Under the pieces are notes generated by a model. That model saw only the letters and a program-made list of their open reading frames with translations. It was not told where the DNA came from and ran no database searches. From an archaeon (GTDB lineage: Archaea; Asgardarchaeota; Thorarchaeia; Thorarchaeales; Thorarchaeaceae), in NCBI GenBank assembly GCA_024275415.1, contig JAJRZD010000014.1, positions 32,633 through 64,632 of the forward strand: DNA of 32,000 nt. The letters run 5' to 3'. The translations under genes were made by a program, and so were the position numbers. The stretch's first letter is position 1; every line of letters begins with the position of its first letter. Positions 16,502-25,134 of the stretch are shown here, piece after piece.

Positions 16502-18334
16502 TCAATCCACTGTGAGCGTCTTCGAAAGGTTCCTTGGCAGGTCTGGGTTGATTCCCTTGTCAACAGATAGGTAATAGCTCAGCAACTGAAGCGGAATCAC
16601 GTCGACCAGTGGATTCAGGAGGACATTGGACTTTGGCACTTCTAGGTAATCAAACTTACCTTGGACATATGGTTGCAGCTTGTCTTCTTTTTCGCCAACG
16701 ACGATTGTCCTTCCCCCTCTACATGCGACCTCATTGATATGATTGATTACCATCCATGAATCTTCAGTGGTTGTCACGAATATCACAGGATAGTCCTCAG
16801 TCACAATGCTGAGGGGTCCGTGTTTAAACTCAGAGCTGTACATTCCTTCGCAATGGTTGTAACAGATTTCCTTTATCTTCAGAGCTCCCTCACGTGCCAC
16901 TCCATCTGTAAAACCGTATCCCAAGCAGTACAAATCGGGAGCGTCCATTAAGGTTGTTGCTAGATTCTTGGCAAGAATACCCGTCTTGTCAATCGTCTGT
17001 TGTGCAAGATATGGCAATTGCTCTTTCAACATCTTGATGACTGATTTCGCCTCGCTGGGATCAAGATTTCCATTGCGTTCTCCCAGTTTTGTTGCAAGGT
17101 ATGCAAATATAATCGTCTGAGAGAAATACGTCTTGGTTGCAGGCACACTGACTTCGTAACCACATGCCATTGGGATGAACGAGTTGGCATTGAACATCAG
17201 GGTGCTGCCTATCACGTTCAGGATGCCCAGCGTCTTTCCACGACCCGTTTCTTGCACATGATTGAGCACATTGAGAATGTCCTTCGTTTCTCCGCTCTGG
17301 GATACTAATATGCACAGACTTTCCTCGGTGAGGGTGTTGGCATACATTGACCCGAACTGTCCGCCTAATGTGGGAATCAAAGGAACTCCAGCCAGCTTGT
17401 TGAAGTAATACGTCCCCACAATTCCTGCATTATAGGATGAACCGCATGCCACCAGATAGTGCTTTTCTGCGTCTTCAAGGAGCCTGAGCCAGTCCTCTGA
17501 TTTCGCGTCTTGCAAGACTCCTAAGACATCTCTGGCAACCTGTGGCTGCTCACTTATCTCCTTCAACATGAAATGAGGATAGCCGCCTTTTTCTGCTGCA
17601 TGAGCATCAACATTCGAAACTTCTGGCTTTCTATCAAGAAGCTTTCCGTCTTCTACCCTGTACACCTTTATACTGTCGGGAGTGAGTACGATCATCTCTC
17701 CGTCTTGGAGATATATCACCCGATTTGTGAGAGGAAGGATTGACGGGAGATCACTGGACACGATCGTATCTGTATCAGCGACACCCGCAACGAGCGAGGA
17801 ACCCATCTTTACTGCGTATATCTCAGGTTCGTCTGCCCTTCCCACTGCATAGGCAAATGCACCTTTCAGGTCACGCGTTGACTTTCGCACCGCCTCGAAC
17901 ATGTTTCCTGTTTCTTCATAATATTTGTCAACAGCATGTACACATAGCTCGCCATCGTTTTCAGACCGCACGATGTGACCGGTTTCAATGAGATGTTCTC
18001 TGTATTCGTAATAGTTGTGGAGATTGCCGTTGTGTGCACCGAAGAAAACCTCCGTACAACCAAAGTGGGGCTGGGCATTTATCCGAGTCGGAGCCCCATA
18101 TGTTGCCCATCGCAGCTGTGCAATCCCCCGATCTCCTTTCATCTTCGATAGACCGAGCTGCTGGTCAACCATGTCAATTGTCCCGACATCCTTCCTTAGA
18201 TCCACAGTTCCATTATGGACGGCTGCAACGCCCACTGAGTCATATCCACGGTATGTCAGCTTGCTGCTGCATTCGACAAGGATCTTTCCAATGTCCGTTC
18301 GAACCCTACTAACTATGCCCGTAATCCCGCACAA
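16502..18334 (-). CDS. glmS: Glutamine--fructose-6-phosphate transaminase (isomerising)
   Basis: TTG start giving MCGITG (N-terminal Cys), RGYDS, RWAT, HNG, SQSGET, EGALKIKE, EFKHGP, PRNLSKTLTVD. Confidence 0.95.
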   Translation of the reverse strand: MCGITGIVSRVRTDIGKILVECSSKLTYRGYDSVGVAAVHNGTVDLRKDVGTIDMVDQQLGLSKMKGDRGIAQLRWATYGAPTRINAQPHFGCTEVFFGAHNGNLHNYYEYREHLIETGHIVRSENDGELCVHAVDKYYEETGNMFEAVRKSTRDLKGAFAYAVGRADEPEIYAVKMGSSLVAGVADTDTIVSSDLPSILPLTNRVIYLQDGEMIVLTPDSIKVYRVEDGKLLDRKPEVSNVDAHAAEKGGYPHFMLKEISEQPQVARDVLGVLQDAKSEDWLRLLEDAEKHYLVACGSSYNAGIVGTYYFNKLAGVPLIPTLGGQFGSMYANTLTEESLCILVSQSGETKDILNVLNHVQETGRGKTLGILNVIGSTLMFNANSFIPMACGYEVSVPATKTYFSQTIIFAYLATKLGERNGNLDPSEAKSVIKMLKEQLPYLAQQTIDKTGILAKNLATTLMDAPDLYCLGYGFTDGVAREGALKIKEICYNHCEGMYSSEFKHGPLSIVTEDYPVIFVTTTEDSWMVINHINEVACRGGRTIVVGEKEDKLQPYVQGKFDYLEVPKSNVLLNPLVDVIPLQLLSYYLSVDKGINPDLPRNLSKTLTVD

Positions 18335-18491
18335 TGTCGTACCTCATTCCCATCTGTTACTACCATCATCTGAATTTGATACTGTAATAAGAATTCTGCA
18401 TGGTTCGTCCATTTCGCTTGCAATATCCCGCTATCCAAAGCTCTTTTATCGCCCAATTGTATCTCTCTTTCGCTATCAGGAGGATCTCAAC

Positions 18492-19181
18492 ATGGGCCGC
18501 CAGAAACGACTTGCACTTCTTCTGCATCCGTTCCGACGAGAACTCTATCAGGTCCTATGTGAGAATCCTGGAACATACCTGTTGGAGCTAGTTGATATTC
18601 TTGAGAGCCCCCTAGGGACGTTGACATGGCACCTCAGGATCCTTGAACGTGAGGTACTGGTGAAATCTCTTAAATTCGCAGGTAAGCGGATTTTCTATCC
18701 CAAGATGCTCCGCTCAGAAGAAGCCGAGATGGCCTACGTGACCATGAGGAGCGAAACAGCACAGAAGATTTTTGCATTCATCGTGAATAATTCTGGATGC
18801 TATCAAGAGCAGATGGCTGAGAACCTTGGTGTGCATCATGATACGGTCAGGTGGCACATCTCAAGAATGGAAGAGGTAGGTCTTGTTCGTGTCGAACGTG
18901 TTGGTCGAAAGAAGAAACATTATCTTGCAGAGCTCGGGCAGCACCTTCTTCAAGGCTCACTTAATACAATCTCTGAGGCATATATCATGTTCATAATGGA
19001 AAAACTGGAGGAGGGCTGTCTTAATCCAGTGATACGTGAAAGAACTCCCGAGCAGATTCTTATCCGGATAGATTGTCCAGATAAAGGAAAGGACTGCTAT
19101 ATCAGAGTGAACCTCAGAGAGTGGCAATTTGACTTTCTGGATGAGGACGATACGTTGGAAATTGATGATAAAGACGACTAA
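18492..19181 (+). CDS. Winged-helix transcriptional regulator with two HTH units (COG3398-like)
   Basis: True start likely MGRQKR at 18492 (GGAGG upstream); HPFRRELYQVLCENPG...TLTWHLRILE and a second unit NSGCYQEQMAENLGVHHDTVRWHISRME. Confidence 0.85.
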   Translation: MGRQKRLALLLHPFRRELYQVLCENPGTYLLELVDILESPLGTLTWHLRILEREVLVKSLKFAGKRIFYPKMLRSEEAEMAYVTMRSETAQKIFAFIVNNSGCYQEQMAENLGVHHDTVRWHISRMEEVGLVRVERVGRKKKHYLAELGQHLLQGSLNTISEAYIMFIMEKLEEGCLNPVIRERTPEQILIRIDCPDKGKDCYIRVNLREWQFDFLDEDDTLEIDDKDD

Positions 19182-19903
19182 ATTCCAGCTTGGATTATCT
19201 CATTAATCCGTTTGCAGACGCTTTTGGAGTCTTCGTCTTTCACTATCACAACAAGCAACCGTTTCTCGTCAAGCTTTTGAATTATCATATCTATGTCTTC
19301 AGAACCAATGATGATACTGTCCGTTAGTTCTGAATATGTAAGCCCATTGGCAAATATTGATCCAATCAACGCTGCAATTTCGATGTCATTCTTCAACCCT
19401 ATAGAACTGATGGGCATTCCTTCGATGGTGAGCACCATTCCTTGATCCACTGTTGGGATTGCCTCGACCACTCTGCCAAGAATTGTCCCTGACCCGAAGT
19501 CCTCAGCTGACCGCATAAGGATCTCGATTCGGGTCCCAATCGATTGGAGTTCCGTTATGATGGAGTATATCTCATCATCTTGCGAATCCGAGAAGACACA
19601 AACCAATTGGTATTGGTGCTGAAGCACTATGAGGACTGTTTCACTTCCCGCGTAATGAATCAGATGAGATGGCTTAGGGCGTGAGATATTGCTCATTGTA
19701 GTGATGCTAGACCATACAAGCGCTGCAGAAACTGTGGACAGCACGGTTGGCTCTATCGTTTCCTCTCGTAAGACAGATGCGACCACTACCCCTTCTCTAG
19801 TGCTCAGAACGACACCTATCAATGCAGGATGTAGGTTCAAGGCGTTTTCCAAGAGATCAGCCACTTCTGCCAAGATGCTATCGCTCATCATCGTAACCTG
19901 CAT
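19178..19903 (-). CDS. Protein with two tandem roadblock/LC7-like domains
   Basis: First domain: GVVLSTREGVVVAS...LSTVSAAL; second: GMVLTIEGMPISS...IAALIGSI; both have the alpha-beta-beta-alpha-beta-beta-beta-alpha pattern. Confidence 0.7.
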   Translation of the reverse strand: MQVTMMSDSILAEVADLLENALNLHPALIGVVLSTREGVVVASVLREETIEPTVLSTVSAALVWSSITTMSNISRPKPSHLIHYAGSETVLIVLQHQYQLVCVFSDSQDDEIYSIITELQSIGTRIEILMRSAEDFGSGTILGRVVEAIPTVDQGMVLTIEGMPISSIGLKNDIEIAALIGSIFANGLTYSELTDSIIIGSEDIDMIIQKLDEKRLLVVIVKDEDSKSVCKRINEIIQAGI

Positions 19904-20042
19904 TATCCTTTTCCTCTCTAATATATTGCCCGTATTTATACATCACTCTACCGTTCCTGATTGAACGGAAACCGATACCAAAGCCAACAAGTTTAAATCC
20001 GAGCCGTTGTGAGGAGGGGCCAATGACCATGGAGGAAGTAAA

Positions 20043-21158
20043 GTGAGCTCAAGGTCTAACTATGTGATATCTTTCGTTATTGTGGCCATTATCTTTGGCG
20101 GTGTGGGCGCAGCAATCTATGTTGCTGCTCCGTATGAGCCATCTCGAATCGCAGTGGTTATGATGGCCCCTGGTTTTGGCGATATGAGCAAAGCCGATAC
20201 CATATATGCCGGAATGAAGATGGTTCTTGGAGATATAGCCGTACAGTACATAACTCCAGATCCTTTGCCCACTACCGTTTCAGAGGCGCAAGCTGATTTG
20301 GAAGGATACGCCTCTACTGAGAACTTTTATGATTTGATTGTCGCTGTGGGCGAAGATCTTGTATCTGCTCTGAGAACTGTGGCATCAAACTTCCCCGAAC
20401 AAAAATTCGCAATGATTGGTGGGAATGTGAATCTTGATAATGTTGCATCAGCCACATTCGAGAGCCAAGAAGGTGCTTTTCTCGCAGGTGTGGTAGCCGC
20501 CTTCATGGCAAATGAACAACGTGATACGATTAACTCGCCCAATAATGCTCAGATTGGGATTCTTGGAGCAATGGACGATTCAGAAATCAACGTTCTGATC
20601 AATGGATTCATCCAAGGTGTGACAGCAGCAAATGAAACCTATAATCTGAATGTGACTCTTGCCGAACCTGAATACGTTGGCAGTTGGAATGACTCTGCTA
20701 GGGCTCAGATTCAGATTTCTTCGATGTTTATTACGCAGAAAATCTCCGTGATTTTTGCTCCTGTTCGAGCCAGCTATCCGGGTGTCCGACAAGGAATGAT
20801 TGATGCAGAATCTCTCTTCACAGCACAGGAAGCAGGACGAATGCCCCTTGTGATTGCTGCAGAAGGCAACCTTGATTGGTATGGAACTGCGAATCCTGAC
20901 ACCCCTGTCGATCCGAGCTGGATTACTACTAGCGCCCTCGATCGTACTGACTGGGCATTCTATGAGATTGTCAATCTTACATTGTGGGATATGTTTCCAG
21001 GTGGTAATCTCTTCGAGTATGACATTGCAAACGGCGGGTCAAACATCACCACTTTCGAATACAGCTCAACCTACATTCCTGACGAACTCATACTGGCTCT
21101 GGATTACTTCCGTGAACAAATTGGCAATGGAAACATTGTTGTGACTCGTGATCTCTAA
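20043..21158 (+). CDS. BMP-family (basic membrane protein) substrate-binding protein with an N-terminal TM anchor
   Basis: GFGDMS, FPEQKFAMIG, FESQEGAFLAGVVAA, IGILGA, GFIQGV; N-terminal hydrophobic helix. Confidence 0.85.
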   Translation: MSSRSNYVISFVIVAIIFGGVGAAIYVAAPYEPSRIAVVMMAPGFGDMSKADTIYAGMKMVLGDIAVQYITPDPLPTTVSEAQADLEGYASTENFYDLIVAVGEDLVSALRTVASNFPEQKFAMIGGNVNLDNVASATFESQEGAFLAGVVAAFMANEQRDTINSPNNAQIGILGAMDDSEINVLINGFIQGVTAANETYNLNVTLAEPEYVGSWNDSARAQIQISSMFITQKISVIFAPVRASYPGVRQGMIDAESLFTAQEAGRMPLVIAAEGNLDWYGTANPDTPVDPSWITTSALDRTDWAFYEIVNLTLWDMFPGGNLFEYDIANGGSNITTFEYSSTYIPDELILALDYFREQIGNGNIVVTRDL

Positions 21159-21229
21159 CTTTCTCCGTGGGTATCCGAGTATTGAGGGGGCAGACACCCC
21201 CCTCCTCTAACTTTTTGGACGCTGTTAAT

Positions 21230-21844
21230 ATGGACGTATCACGAATAGTTGAACTATGTATGCAATCTGAAGTTTTGAAGCAGTTGGAACGAACAGGTTG
21301 GAGCATTGCCGGGGTTACAACCGGTCGGAAGGAGTCCATAGCAGAACATAGTTGGGGAGTTTCATTCATCTCTTGGATGCTTAGCATGGAACAACTGCAG
21401 CAGGATGTATCATTTGATTTGTCTGTGGCCCTGGCCATGTCAATCTTACATGATCTCCCTGAATCCATCATGTCTGATATTCCCCATTCTGCTGTTTCTC
21501 TAGGTGTTTCTGAACTGCAAGCAGGAAAGTCCAAGGCAGAACTAGCTGCAATGGATTTGATATTCACCCATTTTGAGTTCCTAGGAATTGAGGCAAAGTC
21601 TCTCCTCAATCGGTTACAGAAAGCAGAGTGTCAGGAAAGCCGTGTGGTTCTATCCGCTGACATTCTCGATATGCTTATGCATGCATCACGACTGGAAATG
21701 AACGGAGTGAGTCCTATATTTCTTGAGCCTTTTTTCAAGATTGGTGTGAGAAGGATAACCGGATATGGCATTCCCTCGGCAGCCGAGATAGCATCATTTC
21801 TTAATGCTGAGCATGACAGGCGAAAAGATGGCATTATACTTTGA
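21230..21844 (+). CDS. HD-domain hydrolase (YfbR/HDDC2-like 5'-deoxynucleotidase family)
   Basis: LKQLERTGW, ESIAEHSW, LHDLPESIMSDIP, AD; start at ATG 21230 or GTG 21167. Confidence 0.85.
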   Translation: MDVSRIVELCMQSEVLKQLERTGWSIAGVTTGRKESIAEHSWGVSFISWMLSMEQLQQDVSFDLSVALAMSILHDLPESIMSDIPHSAVSLGVSELQAGKSKAELAAMDLIFTHFEFLGIEAKSLLNRLQKAECQESRVVLSADILDMLMHASRLEMNGVSPIFLEPFFKIGVRRITGYGIPSAAEIASFLNAEHDRRKDGIIL

Positions 21845-22448
21845 AGTGCTTTCTTGTTTCTGCTGCAAGTGTCCTTGCGACCCTAATGGGTTCTGGTACC
21901 CTTCCACTACAGGTGAACAAATTCACCAAGTCTTTAGCAGACCGAATGTCAATGTTTCTACAAACTATGAACGCCTCATACCCTGAATCCAGCTTGAACT
22001 TCTCACGGTCGCCTATCCGCTTAATCATGTCCATCCTGCTTTTCCAATTGTCCGGAAAATACTCCTTCACATATTGTTCTAATCCCAATGAAGGCTCATA
22101 TGAAACGCAAATGACAGGTATCTCAGATTCGTGGGATAGCCGGTGAATGTCTACTGGGTTGAACCAGGATATGATACACCCTCCCAACATCCAAGCGTGC
22201 AAGTCTTTCCGATTAATTGAACGGTACATCTCGAGCAACTTCTCTGTAGAATCCATCCCTCCTACAAGTGGATTACAGAATCCAAACCCATCAATCTTGA
22301 AATCGCCACGCATTATCACACCTGCAAGATAGCTATACCTGTTACTCTTTTCGAAGCTCTCTGCCACTCCCAAAACCCTTACCCCCTCTTTCCACTGTCT
22401 TCGAATTTGGTTTGTATCATCTTTTGGAAACGTAAAGGAGTCACCCAA
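21834..22448 (-). CDS. DUF99 / UPF0215 family protein (endonuclease V-like fold)
   Basis: RVLGVAESF, LAGVIMRGD..IDG, VGGMDST, MLGG....FN.VDI, G.VPEPIRVA. Confidence 0.85.
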   Translation of the reverse strand: MGDSFTFPKDDTNQIRRQWKEGVRVLGVAESFEKSNRYSYLAGVIMRGDFKIDGFGFCNPLVGGMDSTEKLLEMYRSINRKDLHAWMLGGCIISWFNPVDIHRLSHESEIPVICVSYEPSLGLEQYVKEYFPDNWKSRMDMIKRIGDREKFKLDSGYEAFIVCRNIDIRSAKDLVNLFTCSGRVPEPIRVARTLAAETRKHFKV

Positions 22449-22613
22449 ACATCAATACCTCCGAGAACTAATGCCACTATCAGTCAATAGTCTTTTCACC
22501 ATGAATTGCCGATACAATATGAGATGCTTGCTGACAGTGAAGCAACGTAAGTTTATTAATGCGCATCACAACACACAATAACAGCAAGTGCGGAATTAGT
22601 GAGAGTATGAATT

Positions 22614-22997
22614 ATGTTTGATCCTGGGTTCGAAGAGCTACAGGGGAATATCCGAGAGATTATGGAAGAAGCTCTCGCGTTATCAACTGGTGTTCGCGCT
22701 TGGTTGTTATTATCGAAGGAAGGACTTCCTATCGCTTCTGCGGTTCCCCAAGGGCTGGAGGAAGCGGAGATTGCAGCCATGTCCGCTTCAATTCTGGGTG
22801 TTGCTGACCTGGCCGCTGAACGGTTGGAGCAAGGAACACTAGAGGAAATCCTGATCACTAATGAACAGGGTCTTATCATCATGAAAGGGGCCGGCGAGAA
22901 GGCAATTCTCGTCTTAGCAGCTCGAAAAGACATGAAAACAGGGTTGCTCGTCTATGCCGCAAAGACTGCTGTCGAGAAAATTGTCCCATTGCTTTGA
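22614..22997 (+). CDS. Roadblock/LC7 (MglB-like) domain protein
   Basis: LLSKEGLPIASA.P......IAAMSASILGVA......L..G.LEEILI....G.II...AGEKAIL. Confidence 0.9.
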   Translation: MFDPGFEELQGNIREIMEEALALSTGVRAWLLLSKEGLPIASAVPQGLEEAEIAAMSASILGVADLAAERLEQGTLEEILITNEQGLIIMKGAGEKAILVLAARKDMKTGLLVYAAKTAVEKIVPLL

Positions 22998-22999
22998 TA

Positions 23000-25000
23000 T
23001 TAGAAGTATCCAGTTATCCAGTATATGCTTCTTCGCACCAATAACCAATCATCTTCTGCCCCATAATAATTATTCAAGCCAAAATTATCCAGAAAGGAAT
23101 TCGTTCCTGTGACAATCATCCTTGCCGAAGAGCGCCCTTCTGATGCAGCTAGAACCGGTTTTAATGCTGTATGAGATGCCCCATTCTTATCTATCCAGCT
23201 GAACACCTCATATGCAAGGACTGTTGCATTGCCGCTAACATTCAGCGACGCTCCATAATAATCGAACGATTGGACACCTGATGTTATCTCGTGTTCACGG
23301 ACATTAACAACTTGTACGGCATTTGGAAGTCCTTCGTGCATAACGACAGAGGTTGGAACCCTATCGAAGTTCAAACTGAAGTTAAAAGCAGAAAACAGAC
23401 GATTAGCATTGGAAACATCGATGCTCCGGTTATCTCCGCCAGTGATAAGAAGATTGCCGCCTTTCTCCCAATACGTTCGGTATACCTCAATCTCTTCTTG
23501 TGAATATGGGATGGAGCCCGACTGGACTAACTTTCCTTCGCGTTCTACGAATTCCCACCTACTCGGATTGAGTACGATTATTGCATCAAACTGCCTAAAC
23601 CTATTCAAAGTGATTTCAGACCTGTCGCGTAGTTCCTCAACTGCAAACCCAATCTCTGCGAGTTTGGAGTAAAAGCTTCTAAACTGACCATAGACTGAAT
23701 CAGTCCATGACGATGAATGTGTAAAATCAAAGCCCACTTTCTTCACATATGGTGTCGCATCAAAGGCGATAGAAGTATCAATAGCTCGATACCTATCCGA
23801 AATCAGGAATATCCTTCCCCTAAGACTTGTCCATGGAATCATTGAGTTCACCCTGATTTTGGCGTCGAATTGCCCACTTTGATTGACTTCGATGTGCGTA
23901 GGGGCATCAATCCAAGGGCTTGCAGTCCCAGTGGTTCTTACGACGAATGATGCGTTGGTACTTGAAAAAACATTGATTCGAATTGTATATGTGGTATTCA
24001 AAAACCACCTTTCAAATTCAAAGATGCCTTGGTTTGGAGAAATCCATGCTATGAGAGGCAATCCATCAATTTTGTCCGCACTTTTAATGAATCCTTTTGC
24101 CAGATCGACATTGACCACACCAGCCCCTACCGCCCATGGTTCACTTCCCAAGAATCTTGCACTTGATAGCAGAACCGCCTTTATCATCCCAGGGGTCCAG
24201 CGCCATCCATTGTCCTGACAGAATCGGATCAATTCTACAACAGCTGATGTTACGATTGGAGTTGATGCACTGGTTCCTACAAACATGATTGAGTTCTCAT
24301 CGTAGTATCCAGTTGCAGAGATGTCGGGTTTCAGTGACCTATCAAATGAAGGTCCGTGCCCGGAATAGGAATATGCTTTCCCATCACCGTCAATTGCTCC
24401 AACTGCAATAACCTCTGGATATACAGCAGGAGACTGTACTGAACTTCCCGCGAGTCCCTCTTTCCCATTGTTCCCTGCTGCTGCAACAATAACAACCCCT
24501 TGCTGAAATGCCCACCTGACAACTTCTTTCATCCCATCGTTGTTTCGAGGTGAGTTACCGATGGACAGGTTGATCACATCACTGTCCTGCTCTTCCACCG
24601 CCCACCGGATTGCAGCTATTATTGCCTGAGTGGTAGCTTTATCACGCGAGTCCACGACCTTCGCGTTGATGATTCCTGCATTAGGCGACTCGTGGATAAT
24701 GATTTGGGCTACATTGGTTCCATGTAATGAACCAAATGGCTCCGAGTCCGTGGTGGAGTTGTCAGTGGTCGCATAACCATAGGTTTCATTGATGAAACTT
24801 GCCTCTGCTATGATATAAGATGAAAGCCGTTCATCAGGAGTGATTCCAGAATCAATTACCGCCACCCTGACTGAGATATCCGGAGGACCAAACACCTTGG
24901 GCAAGATAAGGAATCCGAAAGTGAATGCTACGAAGATGATTGCGATGACCAAGAGGGCGGTTCCTCTTTTCGGGTCGTAGTCATCTATCTCATCATCCAT
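23000..25000 (-). CDS. S8 subtilisin-like serine protease with an N-terminal TM anchor and a C-terminal GldG/IFT52/DUF4350-like domain
   Basis: Triad D50 (VAVIDSG), H93 (HGTNVA), S244 (GTSASTP); oxyanion N177 (AAAGN); C-terminal DFTH...Y..L...GF.V...GGNLLITG...N.L...F. Confidence 0.9.
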   Translation of the reverse strand: MDDEIDDYDPKRGTALLVIAIIFVAFTFGFLILPKVFGPPDISVRVAVIDSGITPDERLSSYIIAEASFINETYGYATTDNSTTDSEPFGSLHGTNVAQIIIHESPNAGIINAKVVDSRDKATTQAIIAAIRWAVEEQDSDVINLSIGNSPRNNDGMKEVVRWAFQQGVVIVAAAGNNGKEGLAGSSVQSPAVYPEVIAVGAIDGDGKAYSYSGHGPSFDRSLKPDISATGYYDENSIMFVGTSASTPIVTSAVVELIRFCQDNGWRWTPGMIKAVLLSSARFLGSEPWAVGAGVVNVDLAKGFIKSADKIDGLPLIAWISPNQGIFEFERWFLNTTYTIRINVFSSTNASFVVRTTGTASPWIDAPTHIEVNQSGQFDAKIRVNSMIPWTSLRGRIFLISDRYRAIDTSIAFDATPYVKKVGFDFTHSSSWTDSVYGQFRSFYSKLAEIGFAVEELRDRSEITLNRFRQFDAIIVLNPSRWEFVEREGKLVQSGSIPYSQEEIEVYRTYWEKGGNLLITGGDNRSIDVSNANRLFSAFNFSLNFDRVPTSVVMHEGLPNAVQVVNVREHEITSGVQSFDYYGASLNVSGNATVLAYEVFSWIDKNGASHTALKPVLAASEGRSSARMIVTGTNSFLDNFGLNNYYGAEDDWLLVRRSIYWITGYF

Positions 25001-25134
25001 CTCACAGCAATCCTTGTCTTTGTCTGCATGGACTATGGTGTTGTAAATAAAGAATAATGCGAAACAAGCAACTCCCTCACATGAATGTAAATCCTTATCT
25101 TCTCACCGGGCTCAAAACAGGTGGTGGACACAAC

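Noticed and set aside
18015-18491. N-terminal 159-aa extension of the wHTH ORF in the track
   Set aside because: Mostly antisense to glmS; an SD-preceded ATG at 18492 gives a clean wHTH protein.
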